From NCBI GenBank assembly GCA_051382335.1, contig JBBCAX010000250.1:1-64000 (forward strand): a DNA stretch of 64,000 bases. The letters run 5' to 3'. Both the position numbers and the translations under genes were made by a program. Shown here one piece after another: positions 39,837 to 49,504 of this stretch (position 1 is the first letter of the stretch; every line of letters begins with the position of its first letter). Origin of the DNA: Deltaproteobacteria bacterium TL4. GTDB lineage: Bacteria; SAR324; NAC60-12. The notes beneath the pieces are model-generated. The model was not told the origin of the DNA. It saw nothing but the letters and a program-made list of their open reading frames with translations, and did no database searches.

Positions 39837-40082
39837 GGTTCCTTGTTCCTCGGGATAAAACCTGAGGCGCCCCCTTTCGCACATTGTGCAGAGACTTGAA
39901 TGACATACTCCACGTCCCGTTAGGTACAAAATGAAAAAGCCCATTTGCATCAACCCCTGACCCTAAAACCCAAACACATCAACCATCAACGCTGTGTGGT
40001 TTACCACTCGGAACCCCTTACCGCGAATATGAGGATTTCAGGTATCCCCAAACTGGAGTTATTTCCCGAGGAACAAAGAACC
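39837..40082. mobile_element. 246-bp MITE-like element
   Basis: GGTTCCTTGTTCCTCGGGA versus TCCCGAGGAACAAAGAACC (19-bp TIR, one mismatch); no ORF; no clear target duplication. Confidence 0.6.
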
Positions 40083-40239
40083 AGAGTTTTCTGAGACGGA
40101 ACTCAGCGCGACGCAAACTTTCAATATGACTTTACATCTTTCACAAATATATTATAACGGCTAAGGCAGGAGTTGAAGAAAAGGAATTAACGCCGATTTT
40201 GTGGTCAGAAAGGGAAATCGCTTTGAATTAAGGGGATAC

Positions 40240-41193
40240 ATGAGTATTGAAGCAGCACGAATATTCCCAAGGTATACGTTTACTCGGGATTTTATTATTC
40301 ATCACAGTGGGAAAGAATATCCCAGTCAAACTAAGGATATTTCCCAAGGAGGATTAGGGTTTGTTTCAGGACTTGAACTCACCAAGGGAGATTTCTTAAG
40401 TTTAGAATTAAAGCTGTATGAACAGGATTTCTTTTTTACAGGAGAAATTGTGGTCAAACGGCCAAAAATCGAAGGTTCTTTTTTCTATGGCGTTTCCTTT
40501 TTTGATTTAACAGAAAATGACGCAAATTCCATAGGTCAGCATTATGAGGGCATTGAGAGCATGAGGCTGGATGTCTTTATGACCACTAAAATAGAGGCAA
40601 CGACTTCTCTAATCCCTAGTTCCAAACTGGAACAGGAAGTGGCTTCTGTTCAGGTGGAGTTAAAGGCCCTACGCCTCGAAATGACCAGTACCATTAGCTT
40701 TACCATGAGTATCACCGAATTGATGCATACGATGAGGCAGGGTAAACTGGAGCCTTTTATTAAAATTTTGGAAGAAGAACTAAAACGGTTTAACCGGGAA
40801 TATAAATTAGTTTCTGAAAAATTTGAATTGCGGTCTCCTACTTACTCCGTACCGACATCGTTGCTCCAACAACATCAAAGTGAAGGCTTAAAACTGATGC
40901 TGGTGGAAAATCATTGGTATAGCTTTACAGGACAACGGCACTCCTTATATTTACTCATTCAAGGACCGTTCAACTCATCACAATACAAGATGCTTTCGAC
41001 TTACATCCAAATAGCTGAAATCGCGTTATTCACTTTGGATTTAATCGCCTCGGTTCAAACCTATGAGGAACGGACAAGAAAACTACACTCGGAGTTAACC
41101 TCGTCTCTTGATTATTCGGATAATACCTCTCACCTACTCCTTGAGGAAATGGAAGCGCTAATGGATGTTTTAGGGGAAAAATTGGGGAGTTAA
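40240..41193 (+). CDS. PilZ-domain protein with C-terminal domain of unknown function
   Basis: RxxxR (RIFPR) and DxSxxG (DISQGG); start taken at ATG 40240 (AGGGG RBS). Confidence 0.8.
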   Translation: MSIEAARIFPRYTFTRDFIIHHSGKEYPSQTKDISQGGLGFVSGLELTKGDFLSLELKLYEQDFFFTGEIVVKRPKIEGSFFYGVSFFDLTENDANSIGQHYEGIESMRLDVFMTTKIEATTSLIPSSKLEQEVASVQVELKALRLEMTSTISFTMSITELMHTMRQGKLEPFIKILEEELKRFNREYKLVSEKFELRSPTYSVPTSLLQQHQSEGLKLMLVENHWYSFTGQRHSLYLLIQGPFNSSQYKMLSTYIQIAEIALFTLDLIASVQTYEERTRKLHSELTSSLDYSDNTSHLLLEEMEALMDVLGEKLGS

Positions 41194-41381
41194 GATCCTT
41201 TTCAATGACGGAATTTCCTTTAGCAGGCTTGCGGATGACCCGATTGATTAACAGGAAAGACTGTGCTTTCGTGCTTTCATGGTCTAAAGTCTTGAGAATG
41301 TAAATTGAAGCTTATATATCATTCATAGAATGGATTATTTTTTATAGCAAGGGCGAATACACTTAATCAGCAGGAGGGTGT

Positions 41382-41744
41382 GTGGCAGAACATCGTAAAT
41401 ACAGTCGGGTTACCTTTGACGCGATTATAAAACTTCATCACAAAGAGCACTTGCTCAAGGCCCATTTATTAGATATTTCTTTGAAAGGCGCCTTGGTCAA
41501 AGTTGATGACGGTATTAAAATTCCTTTACATGAAAGAGTTTTAATGTTCATGGAACTTGGTGGAAGTGCGCTGGTCCTACAGATTGAATGTGAACTGGTT
41601 CATCAACAAGCACAACAGCTTGGTTTGAAATTTATTTACATTGATGTTGAAAGCATTACTCATTTAAGGCGTTTAATGGAACTCAATGTAGGTGATTCGG
41701 GACAGATTGACCGTGAATTGGAATTTTTCTCTTCGCAATGGTAG
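41382..41744 (+). CDS. Single-domain PilZ c-di-GMP-binding protein (PA4608/MapZ-like)
   Basis: RKYSR, DISLKG and C-terminal SITHLRRLMELNVGD..REL; GGAGG RBS with GTG start. Confidence 0.85.
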   Translation: MAEHRKYSRVTFDAIIKLHHKEHLLKAHLLDISLKGALVKVDDGIKIPLHERVLMFMELGGSALVLQIECELVHQQAQQLGLKFIYIDVESITHLRRLMELNVGDSGQIDRELEFFSSQW

Positions 41745-41774
41745 TTCGTACCCAGGCCTCAATTCTTTTTTAAT

Positions 41775-42884
41775 TTGATAGATCACTTTATGGCTCTCCC
41801 GAATCTTGCGGTATTCATTTCTCCTCATGGCTATGGTCACGCCTCACGCGCCTCTGCTATCCTCAAAGCCCTGTCGGATCAGGAGCCTGCTGTTCATTTT
41901 GAGATTTTCACCAAGGTTCCCCGTTGGTTCTTTGAAGAAACCCTTCCAGGGACTTTGGGTTATCACTCAGTGACAACAGACTTGGGCATGGTGCAATCTT
42001 CAGCAATGCAAGAGGACTTGACGGAGACTCTTGCGCGCCTCGAATCCTTTCTCCCCTTCAAAAAAGAACAAATTGACAACTTGGCGGAACAATTGATTCA
42101 ACTTAAATGTCAGTTGGTTTTGTGCGACATTTCACCGTTGGGTATTGAAGTGGCGCAAAAAGCAAAGATCCCCTCCGTTCTGATCGAAAATTTTACCTGG
42201 GACTGGATATACGAACGTTATGTTGCTCAAAATGCCCGTTTCCAATACTTTGCGGATTTGCTCAAAACCATTTATAAAGCTGCGGACTGGCACGTGTTGA
42301 CCGAACCCTTTTGCCAGGAAACGCCTGCGGATCTCATTACCTCTCCGGTGAGTCGCAAAGCCCTCATATCCAAACAGGTTATTCGTGAACGATTAAATAT
42401 TGGCCAGGATCAACGTCTCGTTCTCATCAGTATGGGAGGAATCCCCACCACATTTTCTCCAGAGATTGGATTATTTCAAGAGTATCCGGAGTTACAGTTT
42501 GTCTTTCTGACAACGATTGATAAAATGGAACGACATCAAAACCTGTTATTTCTTCCCCATCATTCTTCCTTTTATCATCCGGATCTGCTTCAAGCGAGTG
42601 ATGTGGTGATTGGTAAATTAGGTTATAGTACCATCGCCGAAACTTACCATGCCGGGCTTCCCTTCGGCTATTTTTCACGTCCCACTTTCCCTGAAAGCCC
42701 CCCTCTCGAAAATTTTGTAAAAAAACATCTTCCCAGCAAAAAGTTATCCGCTGGAATTGAAACTTTTGCCTGGCTTAAAGAGATCCCTGACTTATTAAAA
42801 AGGACAAGCCTCAATCGTCAAAATTTAATGAATGGCTCACAACAAGTCGCAGAATTTCTCTATCGCCTCCTGATTGGAAGCTAG
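41775..42884 (+). CDS. GT-B fold glycosyltransferase-like protein
   Basis: ISPHGYGHASR, NFTWDWIY, ISMGG, PDLLQASDVVIGKLGYST and R..FPE motifs. Confidence 0.75.
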   Translation: MIDHFMALPNLAVFISPHGYGHASRASAILKALSDQEPAVHFEIFTKVPRWFFEETLPGTLGYHSVTTDLGMVQSSAMQEDLTETLARLESFLPFKKEQIDNLAEQLIQLKCQLVLCDISPLGIEVAQKAKIPSVLIENFTWDWIYERYVAQNARFQYFADLLKTIYKAADWHVLTEPFCQETPADLITSPVSRKALISKQVIRERLNIGQDQRLVLISMGGIPTTFSPEIGLFQEYPELQFVFLTTIDKMERHQNLLFLPHHSSFYHPDLLQASDVVIGKLGYSTIAETYHAGLPFGYFSRPTFPESPPLENFVKKHLPSKKLSAGIETFAWLKEIPDLLKRTSLNRQNLMNGSQQVAEFLYRLLIGS

Positions 42885-42917
42885 TCGCTGTGAGAATAGG
42901 CGTTGAGCATAAGCAGG

Positions 42918-42987
42918 GCTTAAGCGAAGCGAGCGCACCAAAAATAAGGGGACGGCAAACTTTCTGGTGCACTCGCTTCGCTTAAGC
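42918..42987. repeat. Inverted doublet of the GCTTAAGCGAAGCGAGCGCACC REP family between convergent genes
   Basis: 42918-42940 is the reverse complement of 42965-42987 with one mismatch. Confidence 0.85.
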
Positions 42988-43068
42988 ACACCTTCTAGAG
43001 GTTCATTTAAATATATTCAGAGAACCTTCCCCTTTTTAGGCGTATGAACGAAGGGCCAGGAAACATTT

Positions 43069-43821
43069 TTATTTTGAATCCTGTTTTAAATTCCAACTGA
43101 CCCATTCGTTATTCACCTCATTCAGGTCAAACTTTTGGGGTGTTTGGGGCTTTTGATTATTGGAAATGGAAAGGTGATAAAAGGCATCAACGATCACATG
43201 CCATTCCTCTAAAGAAACCTCCTGGGGTGGCGCTATTTCTTGAGGTCCCGCAATTTCTCCGGTGTTTTGAAAACTGTCTCGTTGGTTTTGTGTGCTTCCG
43301 CTCACATTCACTTTTCCGGAAAACACATAGACATCAGTAGCGTCATTGGTGGCAATCGCGTCATAAGAGGTTCCCTGGATATCAATTTGAGCATTCGCTG
43401 TTCTTAAAATCAAACGAGCGGTTCTTTCCACATTCTTCCGGAATTTAGCCCATGCCCGTCCCATCATTAATTGAAAATCAAAATTACCCTGTTGAGGATT
43501 GGTAGAGTTGTTGATTTTCAAGTGAGACTCCGGCGCAATCCGAACCTCACTGCCGTCATTAAGTTGTAGTACCAAACGCGTCGCTTCAAGAGTCCGGACT
43601 TCATATTCCGGAAAAAGCGCCTGACCCTTTTTTAAAGGTTTCCACTCATCCGCTGCCGATTTACGAAACAAGGCACTCTTCTCAACCAGCGTCACAACAA
43701 TCTCTTCTTGAAAACTCGCGCACCAGGCAGGAGACACACGGAACAACAGCAGACAAAGACAAAAAATCAGTTTGAGCTTCCTCAAAGAAAAGCCTGCCTT
43801 GAAGTTTTTGGTATTTTTCAT
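43069..43821 (-). CDS. Secreted FecR-domain protein
   Basis: Signal peptide; VRT...LQLNDGSEVRI..ES.L, RTANAQIDIQGT and VFSGKVNV; start taken at ATG 43821. Confidence 0.8.
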   Translation of the reverse strand: MKNTKNFKAGFSLRKLKLIFCLCLLLFRVSPAWCASFQEEIVVTLVEKSALFRKSAADEWKPLKKGQALFPEYEVRTLEATRLVLQLNDGSEVRIAPESHLKINNSTNPQQGNFDFQLMMGRAWAKFRKNVERTARLILRTANAQIDIQGTSYDAIATNDATDVYVFSGKVNVSGSTQNQRDSFQNTGEIAGPQEIAPPQEVSLEEWHVIVDAFYHLSISNNQKPQTPQKFDLNEVNNEWVSWNLKQDSK

Positions 43822-43925
43822 GAAACCCCTTTTATCCAAATGGAAATTCTATCAAGCGGAGATCCTCTTTCATGGGATGCCGTCCTCATTCCTGTTTCTG
43901 TGAACTCTTAATTGAATTCAATATT

Positions 43926-45719
43926 TTATGGAAAGAATGTTTCAAGGACAGCGGTCACTTGAAGAATATAATGAAAAAATTGATAACTTCCAATGATTCC
44001 TCTGACATAGCCATATTCGTCATCAACGAGAATGAACAACTGGAATTGATCCATGGCAAATTCATACTCCAAACTGAAGGTTTTGCTGGGGTCAACCCTG
44101 TATCTCTCTATCAATTGCCGTTTTTGATCATACAAGGAGAGGATGGGGGATAAATTGGTTTTTCCAAGGATATCCAAGGTAATCTGGATTTTCCCTTTTG
44201 TTTTATCGGACAAAACCTGAAACATCGTACTTTCTCCCCTTCTTTTTATGTGATCATACACAGGAATAGACCAGGGTAACCTGTAAGTCGTTTTGACTTG
44301 GTTTTGAGGTACCTGTAACTGTGGACGAGGAGGTGGGAGGCGTTGCTTCTTGTCAAACACTCCGGGTTCTGAGGATTCCTCATCCTTAGGTTGATTTTCA
44401 AACCATTGATCCATGAATCGTGTTGGAACAAAGGGTTCCAGAAAAGAAACCTGAGGAATCCATTCGGTATTGAGGCTCAAGGTGCCTTCCTCCCAGGCAA
44501 TGCTTTGAAGTACATAAAGCGCATCCTCCTTTTTTCTTAATTCTGAAATCAATTTTTGACGTTCTCCCAGGTAATATCCTGAATAGACGACATAATTTCC
44601 AGCAATGGTGTGTAACTTTACTTGTTTCCATCGTAAGTCATTTAAAAGCAATGTTTTAACCAGGTGCTCTTCCTGCTGCGGACCGGGAACTCCCCTGAGT
44701 TTAATATGGATGGGGGCTCCGAGATCTTGATCCAAGTTCGCTAATTCAGCAAGTGTCGTATTCCACCTCAAGTCCAACTGACTCAACATGTCTTTGATGA
44801 GACTCTCAAGACCTCCAGAACTTGGGAATGTCTGTTCCACTTTGGTTTGTGCCAATAAACTCCCATCTTCAGGGTGATAGAGACGAAAAGTTAGGGTGAT
44901 CGGGGCTGAAGAATTGTTTTCCTTGGAAAAACTCCATTGTTTGGGACTAATACTCAAAACAGCGTAGGCATCAGTTTTTTTATTTTGCAATACTTGTGGC
45001 ATGACAGTTGTGTGGGGCAATTGAGGAAAGCTCGCCTCTGTTGAGAGAATTTTAAACTCTTGAAGGAAGTCCAGCTTTTTTTCATCCAAAAAAAATTGAC
45101 GTTCCTCTGTGATGGTAAGCTGAGGAAATAGAAAGTTTTTTCCTTGGTCGAGTAATTGACTCTGCTCCGGTGATAAAGAAAGAACCTCCGTCGTTTGAAG
45201 CGCATAAAACGAAAAATGCTGATTGAGGGCTTTCAACACTAGGGTTTGTTGGGGCATTTGCCAAAAATAAGCTTGAGGATCGTACCATAAAACCAGGGTT
45301 TTGGTTCTCACAGGATGGTTTTTAAGAGGGATATAAAGTTTTTGTAGCAAACGAATGAGACTCGTACGAAAAACACTGGCTTGTATATTTGAAATATATT
45401 CTCGCGAATCTTCGGAAATTTCACCACGCAGGACTTCACTGGACGCAATAAACGTTTCTGGCTCAATCAGAAACTTTTCTTCTATCAGTGGTTTCAAGCG
45501 AGTGAGGACCGAGTCATCCACAAGAGACCCCAGGGCTTTGAAAATGATTTTCTGCTTTGCCTTAAACTGCGATTCACGCTTGGCGCGAACAAAGTTCTCA
45601 TGATAAACGGTTGCCACGGCCTCCCCTTGTTCTTCGATAATTTCTTGAGAAAATAATGAAAGAGGACAGCTCACCAGAAGCAGAATGATGATGACAAAAC
45701 GTTGAATAGGTGTTTGCAT
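43926..45719 (-). CDS. Hypothetical secreted protein
   Basis: 597-aa ORF with a signal peptide; no family recognised. Confidence 0.75.
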   Translation of the reverse strand: MQTPIQRFVIIILLLVSCPLSLFSQEIIEEQGEAVATVYHENFVRAKRESQFKAKQKIIFKALGSLVDDSVLTRLKPLIEEKFLIEPETFIASSEVLRGEISEDSREYISNIQASVFRTSLIRLLQKLYIPLKNHPVRTKTLVLWYDPQAYFWQMPQQTLVLKALNQHFSFYALQTTEVLSLSPEQSQLLDQGKNFLFPQLTITEERQFFLDEKKLDFLQEFKILSTEASFPQLPHTTVMPQVLQNKKTDAYAVLSISPKQWSFSKENNSSAPITLTFRLYHPEDGSLLAQTKVEQTFPSSGGLESLIKDMLSQLDLRWNTTLAELANLDQDLGAPIHIKLRGVPGPQQEEHLVKTLLLNDLRWKQVKLHTIAGNYVVYSGYYLGERQKLISELRKKEDALYVLQSIAWEEGTLSLNTEWIPQVSFLEPFVPTRFMDQWFENQPKDEESSEPGVFDKKQRLPPPRPQLQVPQNQVKTTYRLPWSIPVYDHIKRRGESTMFQVLSDKTKGKIQITLDILGKTNLSPILSLYDQKRQLIERYRVDPSKTFSLEYEFAMDQFQLFILVDDEYGYVRGIIGSYQFFHYILQVTAVLETFFP

Positions 45720-45798
45720 GTTGGTATTGCTAAGAGGTGCAAATTCAATAGAACGAATAATGATTATACTTTCATCGGGCTAATTTTTCACTTTTGAA

Positions 45799-45878
45799 AC
45801 TCAAGGTAGGGTGCCGCTTAAGCGAAGCGAACGCACCACTTAAGGTAGGGTGCCACTTAAGCGAAGCGAGCGCACTAC
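45799..45878 (+). repeat. Two tandem units of the same REP family as 22267-22443
   Basis: ACTCAAGGTAGGGTGCCGCTTAAGCGAAGCGAACGCACC followed by a second slightly diverged copy; 39-bp period. Confidence 0.9.
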
Positions 45879-46023
45879 AAAAATGAAGATTTAACTCCTT
45901 CTGAGTATAGATAACGAGACTATAGCAAAGTCATTTTATAGCTACAAGGAAATCAGACACAATCTTTAAAATTGTCGCTTGTATCCTTAAGGGGAAGATC
46001 TCAGGGGGAAAGCGGAGTCCGTT

Positions 46024-48552
46024 CTAAAGGGGAATCCAAAAGGAAAATGAGGTTCCCTCTCCTATTTCGCTTTGGACTTCAATTTTTCCTCCAATTTTGG
46101 TAATCGCCGCTTGAACCGCATCGAGTCCGACCCCTCGGCCTGAAACATCGGTAACTTTCTCAGCGGTACTGAATCCCGGTAATAACAGAATTTTCCAAGT
46201 TTGTCTCAGTTCAATCAAGTGGTTGATTTGTCTTTGATCCAAATGGACGTTGGCTTTGGCTTTTTCCGCAATTTTACTCAGATTCAAACCACGTCCATCA
46301 TCCGATATTTCCAAAACGAGGTTATTTTCAGCTTGAGTGATTTTTACGGTGATTTTACCCCATTCATCTTTTTTGGCATAGATCCGTTCTTCAGGGGGTT
46401 CCAAACCATGGTCCATACAATTGCGGAGAATATGAACCAACGGGGCTTCGAGTGTTTGAAACAGCTCTTGAGAAATAAGTAAATTATCCCCTTCAATTTT
46501 GAATTTGACCTGTTTTCCCAATTGTTGACTAAGACGATTGATTTCTTTGGGCCAATGCTGGACCAGTCTCCGGACCGGAACCTTTTCGGCTTTGAGCAAC
46601 AAGTTTTTCGCCTGCTCCAGCTCATTCTGAAGGACGGCTTGCTTGAGTGCAAAAAATTCTTCAGGTTCAAAGACAATTCCCAGAAGACGCTTTCGAAGTC
46701 CTTCATCAATATTCTCAATCAAAGATTGCGCATAGCGCAGCTCTTTTTCCAGGAGTTGTTTTTTATTTTGAATGTCTGAGGCCATATCTGAAGTCACCCG
46801 GTGTGTTTCCTTGATATAACGGAGGCAGTCTTCCAATTCATGGACGCAGGTTTTCAGTCCATTCAGGCGAAACAAGCCGCTGATCCCTTTCAAAGTGTGG
46901 AGACTTCTCATCAACTCAATGGTCATCTCACTTAAGTTATGAGGAAGTGCAGGCGCTTTAAGGCAGGACTGATATTCCTCAATAGCGTTATGAGTGTCTG
47001 TTGAAAGTTGCAGCATTTGCAAATAGGAGTTCGGATCATCATAGATCTTTTGAATGATTTCTTTTTCCTGCTTTAAGGCTTCCCTTTCGCGAGAAAATTT
47101 GCGTTCTTCGGAAATATCATCAATGCCGATATCAATGGCGACTAAACGTTTTGCCTTATCCCAGCAAGGGTAGAAAGAGAGGCGATATTCTTGCAGGAGC
47201 CCTTCACTGTTTTTAAAGGAAGTTTCATTGGGCATAAGCTCGACTAAATCTTCAAAACTCAACAAGGTATCTTCAAAAAAAAGCGGGTACGTGTGCTGCC
47301 ATCCGACCTGAATCTCTCTACTTCCATAAAAAAGAAGCGGTGCCAAGGATTTCCCTGTTAAGTCACGAGTCCCTAAAATTTTGGTACATTGCGTTGAGAA
47401 TTCGTTGGTGATGTTCGAGTCTTTATCAATTTTCAATAAACCTTGAGTGGTATGCTGAAAAAGCTCACTCAGACGTTGATTGACGTCATTGAAACGGTTC
47501 GTTGTATCCCGGAATACATTTTGCCATAATTGAGGTAACCGATTTACTATTTCCAAAAACCGATCTCGCTGAATGGCCAATATCCGGCAAGTTGTCAATG
47601 CCCGCACGGTTGCGGACGCATTAACTTCGCCTCTCAAACAAGACATCTCCCCAAACGAATCCCCTTCTTTTCGATGGGCCACCAATTCATCGTTGACCAG
47701 AATTTCAACCGTTCCTTGCTCAATAAAAAACACACGTTCCGCAGGTTGATTTTGAGTTAACAAATTTGTATCCGGCTCAATCACCAGTTCTTCCATTTGT
47801 TCGGTAAGCGTTATTAACTCAAAGGCGCTAAGCCCCTGAAATAAAGGCTGATTGTTGAGCAATGTCACACGGTTTTTTCTGATTTCCAAAGCTTCAGGAT
47901 CACGTTCTGTGCTGATGTTGATGAATTTGGAAAGCGTGTTGCCATAGCGGTAAGTCGCGGTCAGTATCGTTTGCTTTAAGTCTTCATCAAGTTCGTCCAC
48001 ATCATGCACAAACTTCATCAAAACATCCGCCATCGCTTCGTGGATTTCAGGGGGTAACGCTTGCCACTGTGCCATTTCTTTTTGTAATTTAAAAACTTTA
48101 TGATCCAATTCCACACATTTCGCATGTTCTTTTCGTAATTGGGTATTGCTCCTGGAGAGTTGATTTTGACACCGTTGCTCATAGTGTGCTTTTTCTAATA
48201 ACCGCTTTATTTTTGTACTCAACACACGCTTTCCAAAAGGTTGGGGCACATAATCGGTCGTGTCATATTCCAGCAACTCGCCAAGAAAAGAATCCTCAGT
48301 TTCTGAGGTCAGGACGAGGACAGGCAAAGTATGAAAAAGCTGGTGTTCTTTAAGTGTTTTAAACAACGCAAACTCCTCAGTTTCTGTGCCCATCATCTGC
48401 ATCAGGATGAGATCAAAGGACTCTCGTTCCAAAGCTGTGAGAAGCGTTTGCGGTTTGATGAGCGTTTTGGAGGTATGCGCCAATTCGGAACATAGTTTAC
48501 GAGTCAATAACACGTGACTTCGATTATTATTGATAATAAGAATGTGGGACAT
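46024..48552 (-). CDS. CheA-like (class II) histidine kinase: pseudo-REC, cNMP-binding, PAS-like, HPT, HATPase; no CheW domain
   Basis: cNMP motifs FFIEQGTVEI..GDSFGEMSCL..ASATVRA; HPT LHTLKG; CheA-type HATPase HILRNCMDHGLE, DDGRG and PGFSTAEKVTDVSGRGVGLDAV; stops right after the ATPase domain. Confidence 0.85.
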   Translation of the reverse strand: MSHILIINNNRSHVLLTRKLCSELAHTSKTLIKPQTLLTALERESFDLILMQMMGTETEEFALFKTLKEHQLFHTLPVLVLTSETEDSFLGELLEYDTTDYVPQPFGKRVLSTKIKRLLEKAHYEQRCQNQLSRSNTQLRKEHAKCVELDHKVFKLQKEMAQWQALPPEIHEAMADVLMKFVHDVDELDEDLKQTILTATYRYGNTLSKFINISTERDPEALEIRKNRVTLLNNQPLFQGLSAFELITLTEQMEELVIEPDTNLLTQNQPAERVFFIEQGTVEILVNDELVAHRKEGDSFGEMSCLRGEVNASATVRALTTCRILAIQRDRFLEIVNRLPQLWQNVFRDTTNRFNDVNQRLSELFQHTTQGLLKIDKDSNITNEFSTQCTKILGTRDLTGKSLAPLLFYGSREIQVGWQHTYPLFFEDTLLSFEDLVELMPNETSFKNSEGLLQEYRLSFYPCWDKAKRLVAIDIGIDDISEERKFSREREALKQEKEIIQKIYDDPNSYLQMLQLSTDTHNAIEEYQSCLKAPALPHNLSEMTIELMRSLHTLKGISGLFRLNGLKTCVHELEDCLRYIKETHRVTSDMASDIQNKKQLLEKELRYAQSLIENIDEGLRKRLLGIVFEPEEFFALKQAVLQNELEQAKNLLLKAEKVPVRRLVQHWPKEINRLSQQLGKQVKFKIEGDNLLISQELFQTLEAPLVHILRNCMDHGLEPPEERIYAKKDEWGKITVKITQAENNLVLEISDDGRGLNLSKIAEKAKANVHLDQRQINHLIELRQTWKILLLPGFSTAEKVTDVSGRGVGLDAVQAAITKIGGKIEVQSEIGEGTSFSFWIPL

Positions 48553-48901
48553 GCGTCTCTATCTATTAAATTTCAGTTCAAACCCCCTGACAAATAATAC
48601 GCTAAATATCAACTATCACAACTTATGATTTTTTCTTTTGTAACTCTTTGGAAAACGTACTACATAGCCTGTGGTTCAACGAACACTGTCAATAATAACA
48701 AAATTTGCAGAGTATACGCAATACCTATATGAACTTTTCACATTTCCTTGAACCTCAGCAAAGAGATCACTCTGTTTTCATCTATCAAAGATGGTAACGA
48801 TCTCTACTTTTCTCCCTGCTAAATCCCAAAGAGGTTTCTCGAAAGGAGTTAGCGGAACTCTATACGAAACGCTGCCTAGCATTTTTTACCCCATGTTTTT
48901 T

Positions 48902-48947
48902 AGTCCAGAAGGGCCGATTGAAAATAGCCCAGCGATTTATCGCTGGG
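48902..48947 (+). repeat. Short REP-like palindromic unit
   Basis: AGTCCAGAAGGGCCGATTGAAAATAG followed by the hairpin CCCAGCGA-TTTA-TCGCTGGG. Confidence 0.5.
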
Positions 48948-49061
48948 AGGATGAAATAACGAAATCTAACCGGTTTATGGAAGTTTGTTGACGATTATTA
49001 AAAAAATATGTTACTGAGTAGCAGGGAGGATATTCTTAAAAAATCCATTTTGGGAGGTAAG

Positions 49062-49367
49062 GTGTTGTATAAAAAAAATTGTTGGGAATTTTATGAATGT
49101 GGACGAGAGCCTGGAGGCAAGAATGTCGAAAGTCTGGGAACCTGTCCTGCTGCGACAGAGAATGGGGCGGACGGTCTAAATGATGGGCAAAATGGTGGCC
49201 GTATCTGTTGGGCCATTGCGGGGACCCTGTGTGGTGGAAAAGTTCAGGGGGAATTTTCCAAGAAAAAAATATCCTGTTTTTCATGTGGATTTTTTAAAAC
49301 GGTCAAAAATGAAACCAGCCCTTTTGAGTTTCAAATCTTAAAACCGGGTCAGGAGTATGAAGGCTAA
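49062..49367 (+). CDS. Small Cys-rich two-CW-domain protein
   Basis: NCWEF..CGREPGG..CPAA..GRICWAIAGTLCGGKVQG..C..C; GGAGG RBS supports a start at 49062 or 49065. Confidence 0.8.
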   Translation: MLYKKNCWEFYECGREPGGKNVESLGTCPAATENGADGLNDGQNGGRICWAIAGTLCGGKVQGEFSKKKISCFSCGFFKTVKNETSPFEFQILKPGQEYEG

Positions 49368-49504
49368 TCGGCAAGGACACGATCCTGTTCAATGCAAAAT
49401 GTTTTTCCGTTTGAGTGACTGAACGACGGGGCGATAGAGAAAAGGCTATCCTGATTTCCAGCACTTAGAATCGTTGTCAATCCCCTTACGAAAGAAACGT
49501 TCCT

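Noticed and set aside
40173..40199. Sigma28 promoter upstream of the PilZ gene
   Set aside because: GCCGAT is present, but the -35 element and spacing are a poor match.
41715..41744. PilZ protein contains ELEFF near its C-terminus, like the CheX-like tails
   Set aside because: It is not terminal (SSQW follows), and REL is part of the normal C-terminal helix of this PilZ family. Probably coincidence.
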